Shown here one piece after another: positions 14,224-27,971 of a stretch of DNA of 64,000 nt (the first letter of the stretch is position 1; each line of letters starts with the position of its first letter). The position numbers were made by a program, and so were the translations under genes. Under the pieces are notes generated by a model. The model made no database searches and had not been told where the DNA came from. It saw nothing but the letters and a program-made list of their open reading frames with translations. Origin of the DNA: Tubiluchus corallicola (taxonomy: Eukaryota; Animalia; Priapulida); NCBI GenBank assembly GCA_030141605.1, contig JAQGDQ010000899.1, positions 1 to 64,000 on the forward strand, written 5' to 3'.

Positions 14224-17200
14224 TCACGTCAAACCCAATTCTGTCTGATTCTCCAGCAACCATCGATGATAGTCATTTAATTTGTGATCAACTGGATCCA
14301 CCTGAAAACCAAATAATCGCTAGTAAATAAAAATCAGAGGTACTTCAACCACGTTCTGATGTGTACTCATTCGCAAAGGTAAATAATGTAACACAGCAAC
14401 ACGGCGCTAACATAATCTTGCTGACTAAGCTTGTTTCTGCTTACAATTGCTTGTTAAACACACAACTCATTCAGCTATTTCTCTCCAACCCTCTATAAAC
14501 ATTTCCAACACAATTAGGAGAAACCATCAGTGTGCAACGCATTATATGTATTTAATTAAGATAAACCCATAGAATGCCACATAATTTCATGTCTATTCGT
14601 AATTGGGGGTTTGTCAGGGGCGGAACTAGATGTGGCAAGCAGGGGGGGGCGCAAAAATGTTCTGGGAGGGCGAGGTATCCGAAGTGGTTAAATAATGGTT
14701 AAGCCAATTTTTAACCCCTTTTATACTGCATGCAGGCCTATAATTAGCATGTGTGTAGGACGGCGTAGCGGACAGAGTAATAATGAGAAAATTAATGCTC
14801 AGTTAACCTAACGTTATCAATGTGCCTCTAACTAAATTGCCGTAACGCTGCTACACCATGGTACCTAGACGCACATGGGCACTCTCAAATTTCAGCATAG
14901 TACCGCTGCTACACCAGCATCCTATAGCTGTGCACACAGACCTGTTGGCCTGTGTGTAGAGCCTGGGACTGTGTACGGTCCCTGTAGGCCTACACTGTGA
15001 TAGGCATCTCTATGCACACTGAGTTTTGTCTGCACGCACACTGAAGCTACCAAACATTTTTTGACCTAATTCTAATTCATACTGAAAATGATTACATGCG
15101 AACTGCAATTTTCACTGCAAAAAAAATTATTTGTCCGATTTTGCAGGGGCGCCCCCTCGCCCCCCCCCCTGGGGTTCGTTATATGTTTAAAATAATCATT
15201 TACCTCCTTCCATTCACCAAGGCAGAATATCTTGTATGAATCGTTTCCATATTTTCCAATGCCATACAAGTCTATTGGGTACTTCCAATCCTTTGTTAAG
15301 TACTCATCTACATGTAAGCAAATTATACAGAATAAAATCATCTTGCATAATTGAACACTGAATACAGGGTGACACCAAACCTTTGCTAAGGATGTACAAG
15401 AACAGGTAGCAGTAGTAGTACAATCTTTATTTGCCATTTTAAAAACATTGACCATCATATTAAAAGACAGACAATCAGTGTTAGTTCATATAAAAAACAT
15501 ACACTGGAATACACTGGAAACTAGAAATTCAGAAATAAAATATAAACTAGTTTAGTAAGGTCTAGGAAAAATGAAATTATGATTTTAGTAAGTATCATCG
15601 TGTTCGTATGTCGGATATTCAAAACGAGTCATTAAAAACTTGAATATTGATAAAGAGCTGCTGTGTTTTAGTGATGTCGGTAATGAATTCCAAAGTTGTA
15701 TTACTTGCTTAGTAATGGAATTCTTTCCATATTGGTTGTTCTTTCCATACAGGGAGCAGCACAGATCAAAAATATTGCATCAAAGTATTACAAAAACAGC
15801 AGAGAAATTGTTACATCCTCAAAATTTAGTGCAAAAACCTTGTGCATCTTGCACAGCCTGCAATCTTGAGGGTACGATTTGTGCAACTGCTTGAAAATTC
15901 GGGGATTCACTTTTTCCATCGAACTGAATGGCCTGGAAATTCGCAGGACCTCAATTCCCCATCAAACATATTGGAGCTATCCTGAAAGACAGAGTGGACG
16001 TTAAGGTGATGAAATAACATGCCACTGCTCAGAACTCAACAAACAAGTTTGCGAGACATATGCAAGTTCTACGTCTGAAGGACTTGAGTTCTTCGAGGTT
16101 GCTGCTAAGATCATAAACTCAATATTGTAGGCTGTACTAGGCTTCCACACTAAATTCTGTGGTATGACAGATTCATGGTTGTATCGCAATGCTTCGATGT
16201 AATAAAATTGCTCGATACTATGTGTTTTTGTACCCCCTAGCAAAATGTAATGCACCAACCTGTATACAAAATACATGTAGTAGATCTATTTTAGTTAAGC
16301 TTTTGGTGAAATGCTGCCCAGAAAGAATTTCAGTAAACGAATGTATTTACTTTTCGTTGTATTTTTGATAAATGAAAAGTTCATTTGGCTAAAACTTGAG
16401 CAGTTATAGGTTAACAAGGAGTCAATGGATTTATGCAATGCAGATGATTTAGAGCCCAGCTTTCAACTAATGTGCATTCATCATTTATGCACATATTTCT
16501 GCCTGTGGAAGTTGTAATTGTACATTTTTAGGTGCTGCCATCTATGATCTAATCCTTTTACTCTACCAGCTACTTACCCCCGGTATAATTGTACGGTCCA
16601 GTGAATGCATATTCACTGGCTCTCTCCCTATTTTAAAGTAATGGTTTTTGTGAAGTTTGTGCAAGTCTGCATAGGTCACCTATACCTATATATACTGACT
16701 GGATTTACTTTCTAGTCACTCTCTCATTCTCAGTGTTCAGTGCAGGACACTCTCATTCTCAGTGTTCAGTGCAGCAGTCATTCTACTCATATGTCTGTAG
16801 TTAATACACACTTTTCTGTGCAAATATGTAGTATAGTTTTTTATTCTTGTTCTACAAAGTGAGTGATCTACAACTTTAAACATGACTTTCACACTGGCCT
16901 TTCTCTATTAGGCCTCTCCAAATTCGAAAAGGTGTCTATTTACTGTTGAAAGAGTGTTTGCAACCACCACAAAACTAACAACTACCTGTTGGTAAACAAC
17001 GAAAAGGAAGCTAATACAGGTAGACAAATATGAAAACAAATAGTGCAAACTAAGTCAGCAGGTAATTCCGGAAACCTGAACGCTGTGTACCTCAGAATCG
17101 GCTCATGTGGCTTTGCGAAGATGGAAATGTAATTGTTTAGTAGAAACGCCAACCGTAATATATTAATAAATCATTATAAGGCCTTTATATAAACTTTGGC

Positions 17201-20200
17201 ATATTGCAAGATGGAGTCCAGCACTCAATGGCAGGGCCTACTCAACGGTGATGTTCGTGGCAACACTGGAGCTTCCCTTATTACCAAGGATAAACTCTAA
17301 AGATCAAACTCAATCGAAGTATTCAAGATTTTGTCCAAAAACTGCCCGTCCTATCTCTATGGACTGATAGAGGAACGAAAGCAAAACCGCTACTTCCTCA
17401 AAAAAATGAACACTGCAGAACACCCTACATATGATGGTGTTACATATGGCAAAAAAAGTTTCTCCTATTATGGAGCCACATTGTGGAATGAATTACCAAA
17501 CTGTCTCCGAATGGCCGAAAATCTTGAAGAATTTAAACGTCTAATTAACTCATGGACTGGTGTATCATGTAAATGTGCCATTTGTAAATTCAGCGAACTT
17601 CCCAATTTTGTTAAGTCGTAGTTAAATGCTGAAATGTTGGCAGGAAAAATTTTTATTGACCTAGATAGCTTTTTGTGTAAATTTTAGAAAATGTTACTGC
17701 CTAAAATTTTACTGTCTCAAATTTTTACTGTCTTCATGTAGGTGGCATCCAAACGATTTTAAGAAGTACATATTATTACCATGTTATCGCTCATATACAT
17801 TATGTTTGATATCAGTTTACGAGTTTTAAGCTCATGTTTTACAAATATGTACTGTTTTATATCATACCGATGAAAATAAATATTATCTTATCATGCACTG
17901 AACCGACAAAAATGTTTTTAGCCACGTTTGCACGGTACACATCTTCCCTCAAAAGACGTAAATGCTAAACAGCTACAAGGAGTATTTCAAATGAAACTTC
18001 CCAGAGCAAGTATTGAACTCGAGCGATCACGAACCATTAGCGGAATTGCTTTAACTACGGCTTCAGGATACACCATGACACCTCAGCTATATATCTCGAC
18101 TTACATAGGACTACAATGATCTAATGCATCATTTACGTTGCACATCAAAGAGAGTATAATAAATTTGTTTTAATTTGAGTTTATTTTGTCACATTCACAA
18201 TTTTCATCACGCTTTCATTCACTTCTCTCAAAATTTTACGGACAAAAAAAACGAATTTCTGCCCAATGGGAAGCAGACAGCTCGGAAATCCAGCAAGATT
18301 GATAAAAATTGGATCAATCCACTAGCAAAAATTACAAAAATGCAAAATTCAGCAAGGGAATCAGGCAATTTGCAAAATTTGCGATAAAATGCTCCATGAG
18401 ATTTGTCGTTGCTATAATGTGCAAGGACACGGCACCTGCAAAACTGAAACTTCCTAATTTTGCAGGAGAAGTAGAAACTTTTTAAACTATTATCTGCATT
18501 TGTGAAGAAAAAACGGTGCACAAAAATTGACACAACTTTAGATTACCAAACAGGAACACGGTAACGGTTACCATATTTCAGGAGGTGCTAAGCTAAGAAC
18601 ACGTTGTTACAAATAAAATATTCTTTTTTGCACATATAATTGCAGATAGTCTAAAAAAGAGCACCGACAACAAGGAGAGTTTGACAATAGCAATGCAAAA
18701 GAAAGAGCATGCAGTTTAACCCTTTCATATCCGTTGTATCACGTGGGATACGAGAATATTTTCTGCCTTTAAAATTGATAAAATTTTAAAACTGACAGTT
18801 ATTTGATCTGTTAATAGTTATTTTGATTTAAGCCAATAACAATAGACTAAAAATGGTGATAAAATGACAAACTAGAAAATGTACGTAGCATAAAAAACTG
18901 CACAAGGTACAGTACTTTAGGGACGACTTTGTACAGATCAGCATAGTATGCATGCTAAATGTCTTAGATACTTCAAGAAATTATCAACAGTTACAAAATG
19001 TAGCACATTTATGCTTCCATTGAATCCCAATGGATACAGGCTATGTTTAGCATGCGGGCACAGGTAGAAAAAAATTATTATGTGTAAACAAGATGGACAT
19101 ACTGAACAAAAGTACCAAGCCAAAAAAATTTTATTATTAAAAAAATAATTTGGGACTGGAAGGGTTAAACAAAACATGTACGATATGCCTAAACAGGTAC
19201 AGTAAAAGTTTTTGTTTCATTATGAATCGTGTTGTTTTTATGACGCATCTTCACCAGTGCCATTATTAAGTTATGAACAAGACAAAAGTTTTTCTGCAAG
19301 GTTACTTCACAGATAAGCTATCCATAAAACTATATTATGCTGCATAACAAACTCTCTTCCAAGATAAACCCTGCACCCAATGCACCGTTAATCTCGTTTA
19401 TAAAACTCACAAAACATTACCCGACATGCGAACGATGATTTTTGCTCGTTTTTCAAACAGGCCAAGAGGACGCAATAGCTCTGCCATTGGCTTCCAGTCG
19501 GCTGTCCGTGCAACTTCTGGTGTGGGATATTGTTCCAGAAACGACCAAAGAACTGGTAATGCCATTTTGCCTACACAACAAAACACCACACCAATAAAGC
19601 GGCCAGCACAATGTCTTCAGGAACAAATTTACCTCAGTTATTTGTAATCTCCTTTCAAGTTTGACAATATTTAGTCTGAATAAATTATCTACCAAGCTGT
19701 GATGATACATAATGAATACTTATACTGATCGTTTTACTTTAAACAAATTAATAGATAATTCAATGATGGCAACTTTTACTGCACAATTATAGTTTTAGAC
19801 GTAGTTTTGAATGAAAAATTTTTACCTGTTGTTCTATTTAAAAAAATTGTTGCAATCAATAATTGCCATGGATCATGATAAAGACTTTCTTGGACTAGGT
19901 TATACGGCGACTTTGGAGGTATCCAATGAAATGTGGCGCCACCTTTAGCCAAATTAGCACAACTTTCTTTTATTCGATTACGTTGAGCTTTTCCCTTCTG
20001 TAATCGATATTCATTATTCTACATCAATTAATAGATTAACATCTAATAGAATCTAAATTCATCACTTCATTATAAAGTAACACCAACTTGACAACTCTGT
20101 AAAACTAAAAAAAGTATAAAAAAACAGTTAAAAATCGATAGGCAAACATAAATCTACATGTTTTTATCAAATTCAAAGTAGAACTTTTCAAAACCTCAAC

Positions 20201-22633
20201 AGAATGAAAAAAGGGGGGAAAACGATACCATTTTAATCTCAGAATAAATAAATGACTATAGGATGAACTTTAGCATTAAATTAATTATCTACTGACAGTT
20301 AGACAAATTGTTGAAGAACAGCCAAAATATCTATTTTTTGTTCTAAATTAGGGGGTTCAATGTTGTCGTTATCCCAGTCCCCGAACCTTGATCTGTAACT
20401 TTTTTCAAATCTTGAACCCCATTCCCAAAACTCTCATCCCAACCTCAAGCTTTAAAAATGCTTACTTGAGGTTTTTTAAGCGCGTTAGAAAAATGAGCCA
20501 GTCACCAAGTTATTCATCACTCAAATTTCTTCATATTTTTATTGAAATTTTATTAACCCATACTGCACTGCAAGATTGTTAATTGCTGTTTATTAAAAAG
20601 TTTCATCGGTACTGCAGTTTAAAGTTAGCATGATTATCTTTTCGTGGAACATACAGAAAGAGTACATTCATCCATTTGTGAGTGTTGCTACTTGCTAAGT
20701 TACACTTCTGTGGTGTAATTTGCCAATAATGATGTAATAATTTATGATATAAATATATAATTGACACCGTCATGTAAAAAATAATTTGTATGATTTTCAT
20801 GCTACTACTATTAGAATCTTCCCTATTTAAAATTCTTCCAATACTTCCAAATCAGTGTATAGTTATTCTTTTTAAAAAATATCTAAATTTCATAGCAAGA
20901 AGATAACGCAAGAAGATTAGGTTTAATTTACGCTTACTTAGAATAGTGAAACATGCAGGCCCAGTGCCGTAACTGATGACTGATACACACCATTATTCCA
21001 ACCCGAACCTCGTTCCTGACTACTCGATCATGCACCCAAAAAACCACAATGTCAAACTCAATTAGCGTCCCGAACCCCTGTCCCAAACCATTAATTTCAA
21101 CGCAACCCCTGATCCTGACCCAGGCTCCGAACACGCCTAGTCTAAATTTCAATGCATCTCGTTAAAATACACCCTTCTCGTCTTTTTATTAGTTCCTGTT
21201 GGTACCTGTCTCGGATGATTTGTAACAAAAAATGAAAAATACATCATTCATATGCAACATTTTTACGCTCTTACCAATTTACCACTTTTCTTATGTCTTG
21301 AGAGAGGACAAGTAAAATATGGACTAGTTCTTCGATGTCTGTCTGACGCACCATTTTCATTACCAGCTGTCAGTTTATTATTCTCATCTGCACTATGTAA
21401 CTTGCTGTCAGCAGAGTCAACACTATGAGAATTTTCAAAATTCTTCATCTTACTGCAAGACCTTGTATTTGGTCTACTAGTTCTCTGAGCTGACTGGAGA
21501 AACATACCACAAGCTGAATTATTCCTAGTCCCAGAAAAGTGCTTTCGACTCGGTTTTCGTCTCGTTTGCTTCTTGCCCGAGTCAGAGGAATTAACCTTCA
21601 ATTTTTCAAAATGCAAACTTTTATCTGCATTTGCTCTAACATCGTTAAAACAGTTTTCACTTTGATGTACTGATTTACATGTTGTTTTTGATGGAGTACA
21701 ATCACCTTCTGTCCGATTAGGGTGCTTCCCTCCACGTTTGCTTCTTTTTTGCATCACAAAAGAGTTTGTGGGTTTATCTTGCAGTTTTGCAAAATGTTCG
21801 CTTTTATCAATACTTACACCCAAGCGATCAATACACTTCTTGCTGTGTGTTACCATTTGCTGTTCTTCATTTAATACTAAATCATTCTCTGCCTCATTAC
21901 CAGATTTTCTGCCTCGTTTTCTTACAGATTTTGCTTTGAAATTTGCGTAATTGTGCAAATTTTCTGATATGCATGCATCAGTATGTTGCTGACATCGAAT
22001 TACGTATCCTGCTTTTGGTAATAATACATTTGACTGCATTTTATCAGTGGTGGAGCCTTTTAAATGGTCTTCTACACAAAATGCTGCTGCTATATCGCCA
22101 ACTTGGAGTCCATGTTGCAACAAGTGGATCTTTAGTCGCTTCTGTGACCGGAAAACCAGACCATCTGGGCTAAAACAAATAACACATTTGGCTGTTTGGA
22201 TAAATCATAATTTAAAATTGTTGTAAAATAAAACTGTATTTTGAAACGAAAGCATATAGGGAACTTATTAGGACTTCCAGTTGTAATTTGCAAATCAGTA
22301 ACCTGACCAGCATAAGCAATTATGTCTCTGTATTAAGAATCACTCTAGTTGTAATAACTTTTATCAGTCTAAACAAAGCAAGTCGCCACTAGTGATCCAA
22401 CTCAACCATTCACGACGGATAAGAGTCACTTATAAATATGATTGCCTAGCAAACTGAAAAATTGTAACAGAAAGCATCTTATAAAGTGACCAATCAACGT
22501 AATTGGAAATTAAAAAATTCTGAGAGCAGTACCTATAAATGTAAACGTCGTATTTGCCTGTTGATACACCACGTTTTCGCTTTGCAACTTTTCTTGTCCA
22601 TCCTTTTGGTAAACCCGGTACTACGTGTTCCAT
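14224..22633 (-). CDS. MBD4: Methyl-CpG-binding domain protein 4 (MBD + HhH-GPD mismatch glycosylase), six coding exons, ~499 aa
   Basis: Phase-consistent GT-AG exons: 22633-22533, 22169-21275, 19997-19826 (alternative acceptor 20018), 19570-19421, 15307-15204, 14301-14224. MBD: [35 protein letters not shown]. Glycosylase: [51 protein letters not shown] (catalytic Asp), [11 protein letters not shown]. Confidence 0.96.
14615..15180. mobile_element. Degenerate hAT-like non-autonomous element in the last MBD4 intron
   Basis: Left end caggggcggaactag with G-runs. Right end gggcgccccctcgccccccccctggggttcg is roughly complementary. No clear TSD. Confidence 0.4.
15407..15741 (-). mobile_element. 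3' end of a CR1/L2-type LINE, copy B
   Basis: Near-identical to 5116-5491. Retains the Trp of the WNSLP motif. Confidence 0.75.
15748..16240 (+). mobile_element. Internally deleted Tc1-like element
   Basis: Decayed long inverted repeats (aaatttagtg..cacagcctgcaatcttgag versus ctcaatattgtaggctgtac..cactaaatt) enclose a frameshifted [21 protein letters not shown], which resembles the Tc1 WPxxSPDLNPIE motif. Confidence 0.65.
17280..17892 (+). mobile_element. 3' fragment of a CR1/L2-superfamily LINE ORF2
   Basis: [18 protein letters not shown]...[20 protein letters not shown], then a 3' UTR ending aaaataaatattatcttatc. Confidence 0.8.
18720..19164. mobile_element. piggyBac-like MITE
   Basis: TTAA-ccctttcatatcc ... 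ggactggaaggg-TTAA. Imperfect CCCT/AGGG termini with a TTAA duplication. Confidence 0.6.
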
Positions 22634-24839
22634 TTCTAGTCTTTCGAACTAACCAGTTTGTTGGCAAAGACAAATCAATAGATAAGACAATACAGTAACA
22701 ACTGGTCAACTTTCTTTTAGAGCAGTAACACACATAAAAGCAGTTTTTAAGATGAAACTATTTTACGATCAAACCTAATTTTACTACAGAATGGCTATGC
22801 AACTAGAAGAGACAACTTTAAGATGTTAAAAACTAGAGACAAGTGTATAGTCTTTGCTATAAAATAGAAATGAAGCTTCTCTAAATCATCAACTAAAAAT
22901 AGAAATGTCTTTCTTATTCTATTAATTATTAGCAGTGCAGTTAAAAAGAAGTTGCGAATTAGGGAAATAAAGCTAAAGTAAGCTGTAACATCCGTGAATG
23001 CAACTTGCAACACAACATGAATGTGGTTCAGCCTAGCCTGCACCACATCCCTGCTATGGTGCCTGAACACCTACACAATACCAACAACACCACACAACGC
23101 ACAAAACAATCTGCAAAGTCTTTGCTTCACTGCTTCTATAATTACGGCAATATGCTAACAAATATCACTTATATTATTGTAACTGACAGCCAGCAGCAGT
23201 AGCAGCTTAATATCAGCAAAAGCTGAATAGCATAGGATCAAAAAACGCTATATGGATCATGCACTGTAAACTTCAGCAATCGTTATAACACACAAGAAGA
23301 AACGTAGAGATACTTTCTATACTATATGTCTATAGACTCCACAAGACGAAGTGCGCTACGCAAACACAATGCAAAACTATTATAGCATTTCACATTTATG
23401 TTTTGCAGCAAATTCCAGACAATAACACAATTACCTGTTTACACAGTTTTTCGAACGTCCAACAAATATTTTAGACAATAATTTACAGCTTTTGCACTCT
23501 CTTTCTACCCACGTGATATTGCACTTGTGTATTAATTTTAGCAATAGCGGTATCTTTTCAAACGCCTGCGTTTGCAATGTGTGCTGTCACTACCATGTGG
23601 TGTTCTGCACACTTTGACAAAGTATAGTCCGGTCAAAATAAGCTTTGGCAAGGACAAAATAGTGTATGACTGAATTTTTGCACAGACACTCAGAAAGTCG
23701 TCCAGAATAACATATTAAAAAATCCCCATAAATCCACTTTGGGGGAAAAAGTTATGGTGCTTTAATTTCAAAATGGCTGCATGCTGTTTTAAAATCAAAA
23801 TAATTCAACTAAATGGCTCAATATAGCTTAAATGTATTACCTGCTTATATGAAAGTCCAAAAAATAGTGTTGCGAGGTCATTTAGTGTAAAGGCCATCTA
23901 AAGTGGCCGCAAGCGCAGTGTCAAAGTCAAAAATAACTCAATTAGTAATCATTGTAGTATTCTCGTTTGCATCATGAGCATATCGGCTGTTAATGCATTT
24001 ATGCAGTCAATGACGTTTATGCCATCTTAAATTTTTTCCAGTTGATATATTTTAACTGTAATGCTACGTTGGTGGCCATTTTGAATGACCCTGAAACACA
24101 TTTCTTTGACTGGCCATATGAATACATATAGGGAATAATGCCAATTTAGCTTCAATCTCTGCACTCTGTCTGCTGAATTGATGGTTACCCTACTAGTTTG
24201 TTGACTTTATGCTAGAAGTGAATTATATTAAATTTAAAAAATATTTATTTCCATATCAAAGTTGTAAAAGATGGTGCAAAGTATGCAGATTTGGGAGACC
24301 CAATCATGCTGTTTTGCAAAAATATAGCAGAAAATCATTGAATGGGATATTTTGAATGACCATGAAACGTTATTTTTCTGTCAGGTCATATGAATACATA
24401 TAGGGAGTGATATATTGCAACCAATAGCAGAAAATATTTCTCAACTACGCAGAGTTGGATATAATATCACCAAACCTATACAGATTCAAGAGCAGGTTCG
24501 TTTTCAGAGTAGTAAATGATTGAAACTTTATTTTCACTACATCGATGTGGAGCATTACATTTGAAGACTAATTTCCAAAAAAATGGACAAGTACTTGGAA
24601 GACCACTCCACAAAGTTTCGTTCTCTCTTACATGGTTTTGTCAGTTTTAGTAAATTCAACCTTTTTCTAACTAATATTTCAAACTGAACTTTTCCACTTA
24701 ACCACTGTACATTCATAAGTCGCAACACAAACCCTCATTACACCCTAACAACTGTCACAACAACTATAAGAATCATAATAATTTGGTTGAAAAATCTTAC
24801 ATAATTTTATTTAGAAAGATTGAAGTATTAGTTATAATA

Positions 24840-25055
24840 CTCATAATTATAGAGGTTTATAAAATACTGACTAGGAAAGAAAATGTTTTGCCTAGTAATT
24901 TCTTTAATCTAGTTGCTGATTGAAAAACCAGAGGACATAGTTTAAAACTTTTTAAAAAGCTGATGCAGCTTGACTTTTGCAAATCTTCATTTAATGTCAG
25001 AATAGTGAAAGAATGGAATAATTTGTCTGCCCTGTGATTGCTGCCACTCCAGTCC
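24840..25055 (+). mobile_element. Decayed CR1 LINE 3' fragment
   Basis: KTRGHS..LFKK and FNVRIVKEWNNL motifs with frameshifts. Confidence 0.65.
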
Positions 25056-26654
25056 TGATAGACTCAGACTCAGCTCGCTTTATTTTTTCCCATAATACAT
25101 GTAGTTTGGTTTGAGTTACGGTAAGAGCCATAAATACCTAATACAAAAGGAAAATATTGGCAAAAAACTAAGGTTATCGAGTCAACCATAATTTGGAAAC
25201 TAATTTGGAAATTTTTAGTATCATAATGTGAGAATAGTGAAACTGATATGCTGTAAACGTGACATTGTTAATAGCTTACCAATAATTTAGAATTAGCTAC
25301 AATAAGTTAAGCAAATTCATGGAACATCTTTATAGAATTAATTTACAGAAATCTAAATAATAATAATATAAAAGAGCAATCCAAAAAATCAACATAAAGC
25401 ATACATGGAATCATGATAATTATGATACGTGCAAAATCAATAACAAAATCAATACTACTATTAATAATAATCAAAAATAAAGCAGTAAAAAGAATAATGA
25501 TATTGCTATAAATACGTGTCTTGTGTTCAATAAAACGTATAAATAATACATGTCTGTTCGGCGATGTAGGAGCAGTCAGCAGAATATTGTGTAATAATTT
25601 TTAGATACATGGCATACCTTGCAGTAGTGCGTTATCACATTAGTGACTACCCTGGAGCCATAATGTTAAAACTATTCAAGAATCTGTGCCATAAATTTCA
25701 CTGAAATTATTCAAGAAACTTACAGTTAAAACATAAGAATAGACAGCTGAACTGGCACAGATGAGATAATGCAACATGATATAATTGATATGCAAGTACA
25801 GACACTAGAAGAAGAAACCAATAATACTTGTCATAAGTATCAGAAAAGTCACTGAAGAGAAAGAATAAATATAGGATTGCTAGTTAGTATCATTGTTGTA
25901 GCCAGTCAATAAGTTGTCTTTTAAATGCCTTTGCAATGTCTTTACAGAACCTGATGTGAACTTCTCTGTAATTCAAAATAATTTATAGCCTTAACTTTAT
26001 AGTTGTAGTTGAAAAGTGTTTTTTGCGTAAAACATGTCTGAGTGTTATGAACATCAGCAGCGTATGTATAGCAGGATGGGAAAATCTAAGGAAGCAAGCA
26101 TGTTAAAAGTAATATACAAATTTCGCCAATTCCAATTAGTATAGTTTGAGTTTAGTCTAGCTTAAATACTTCAATGACAATCAAATTGTGGAAAATATGG
26201 GTTTCTATCTATAAGTGTAGGGAGGCATGGCGAGATATAAACTATAGGCAAAAGCCTATATAGGCTTCGCCCTGTCGTTTGGGGTATCCACTACCGATAA
26301 TCAAGTCGCGAAGCACAAATAAATTAAACTATGAAAACTGTATTATTGTCCATACTTTGTTATAGCGTATCTATGGTTAACACTCCTCAAGCAGGGGGAG
26401 CTCGGGAAAGGTGTGCCTCATTGTGGTTTGCATATTTGGGTAAAGTATACGTAAATATTTAGTTTCTTTAATTTCATCCAAAAAGGTCTTATCAACACAC
26501 CATTAGATATCTAAAATACACAAACATACGCAGCTGCATGTGACAGGGGAGCGTGGTCTGAAATAGTCATGTTTAGTTTTAGTTTAATTTACTTTATTCA
26601 CGTCTGTTACGGTTACTGTTACTAGTGTTACTCTGTTAGTATTAAATAGTAATA

Positions 26655-26781
26655 CTAAGTCAGGAGACTAGATGACCCTATGGTCCTTCCCTGCCCTGCT
26701 CCACTACTATAATTAAGTAATATTTAAAAAAACTTGTCATGTCAAACAAATGGAGAAAATAAATGTTCTATGTCTATGTCT
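26655..26781 (+). mobile_element. LINE/SINE 3' terminus with stem-loop and (CTATGT)n tail, copy A
   Basis: caggagactagatgaccctatggtccttccctgccctg...aaaataaatgttctatgtctatgtct. A reverse-complement copy lies at ~59725-59846. Confidence 0.65.
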
Positions 26782-27971
26782 AAGTAATAGTATACTAGTA
26801 TTAGTATTGCTAGTAATATTTTCATTATTTGTACATAAAAGGACATTCATTGAAAAATACAGTACAATTATTAGCATACTACTAATTAGTAGTTATTAAG
26901 ATGTGCAGGAGGACACAGAGCAAAAGTACTTACTTGTGACTATCGAATTTAAGAAAGCTTGTTAAATCAACATATTCAAGTCTTTTAGTTTTAGTTTTAC
27001 GAAATAAAGTAACATTTCCAGCAATTCCGTATTGGAACAACACAATTTGAGAAAAATTCATGAAAATGTGTCTTGCATGTATGACTTATAAAGAGGAGGT
27101 GTAGCTCCGGAGATGATGATGATGAAAATGTAAATAATTTTGTAAATTTCAAAATTACTTTCACTTAAAAACCAACAATTTGCAAACAGCACTAAATAAA
27201 GCTAGTTGCCGCTCATGGTAAGGGGGCTGCAGAAGAATTTAAAAAACATGAACACCATTAATTAATGTTTTTGATCAAATTGATATTCCCATTTTCTAAG
27301 ATTGTTTCTAATACTAAAGTAATAGTATTTTTAGTAATATACTAATAGAGTTTTAAAAATAAAAATCTTATCCCAGAAATCCACAGAAAGTAGAAATCTT
27401 ATAATGAATTTGCTAGTATGCCTTACTTATAGAAAATGCCCTCCTTTTACATTCCAAGTAGCACTTCTACCATTGGTAATTGATGATTAAATTTAATAAA
27501 AAACTTTACCTTTACGAGGGGGGAAATGGGCATCCACCTCTGATATCCAAGTAAGCGCTTGTTTCAGACAAAACAGACAACCTGCAAACAATAAACGCAG
27601 GCAGGTGAAAACAAATTCTTCAGACACATGGATTAATTAGAGCTCTAAATGCTTTTATTAAAACTTATAAAGATGCAAAATAACACTCAACTCTGTAAAA
27701 CATTTAATAGAAAAGTGGTTTTTTTCCATCTGCTAAAAAGTAGTTCCCAACTCCTCCGCCTCCTTGCCAAATAGTTCCACATTGACAAAAAAAAAAGAAA
27801 ATTTAAACTCCACTAATAAGAGCAAAAACTGAATTTATAGCAAGTTGTTTTGCATTTAATAGCAGCTTCAGTTTAACTTTTCGTACTTTTCTTGGCTGTG
27901 CATTTGGTTTTGATTTTGATTGATTTTTTTATCTCTTATTTTTTGTACTTTTGTTAGAACTAGGAAGGGAT

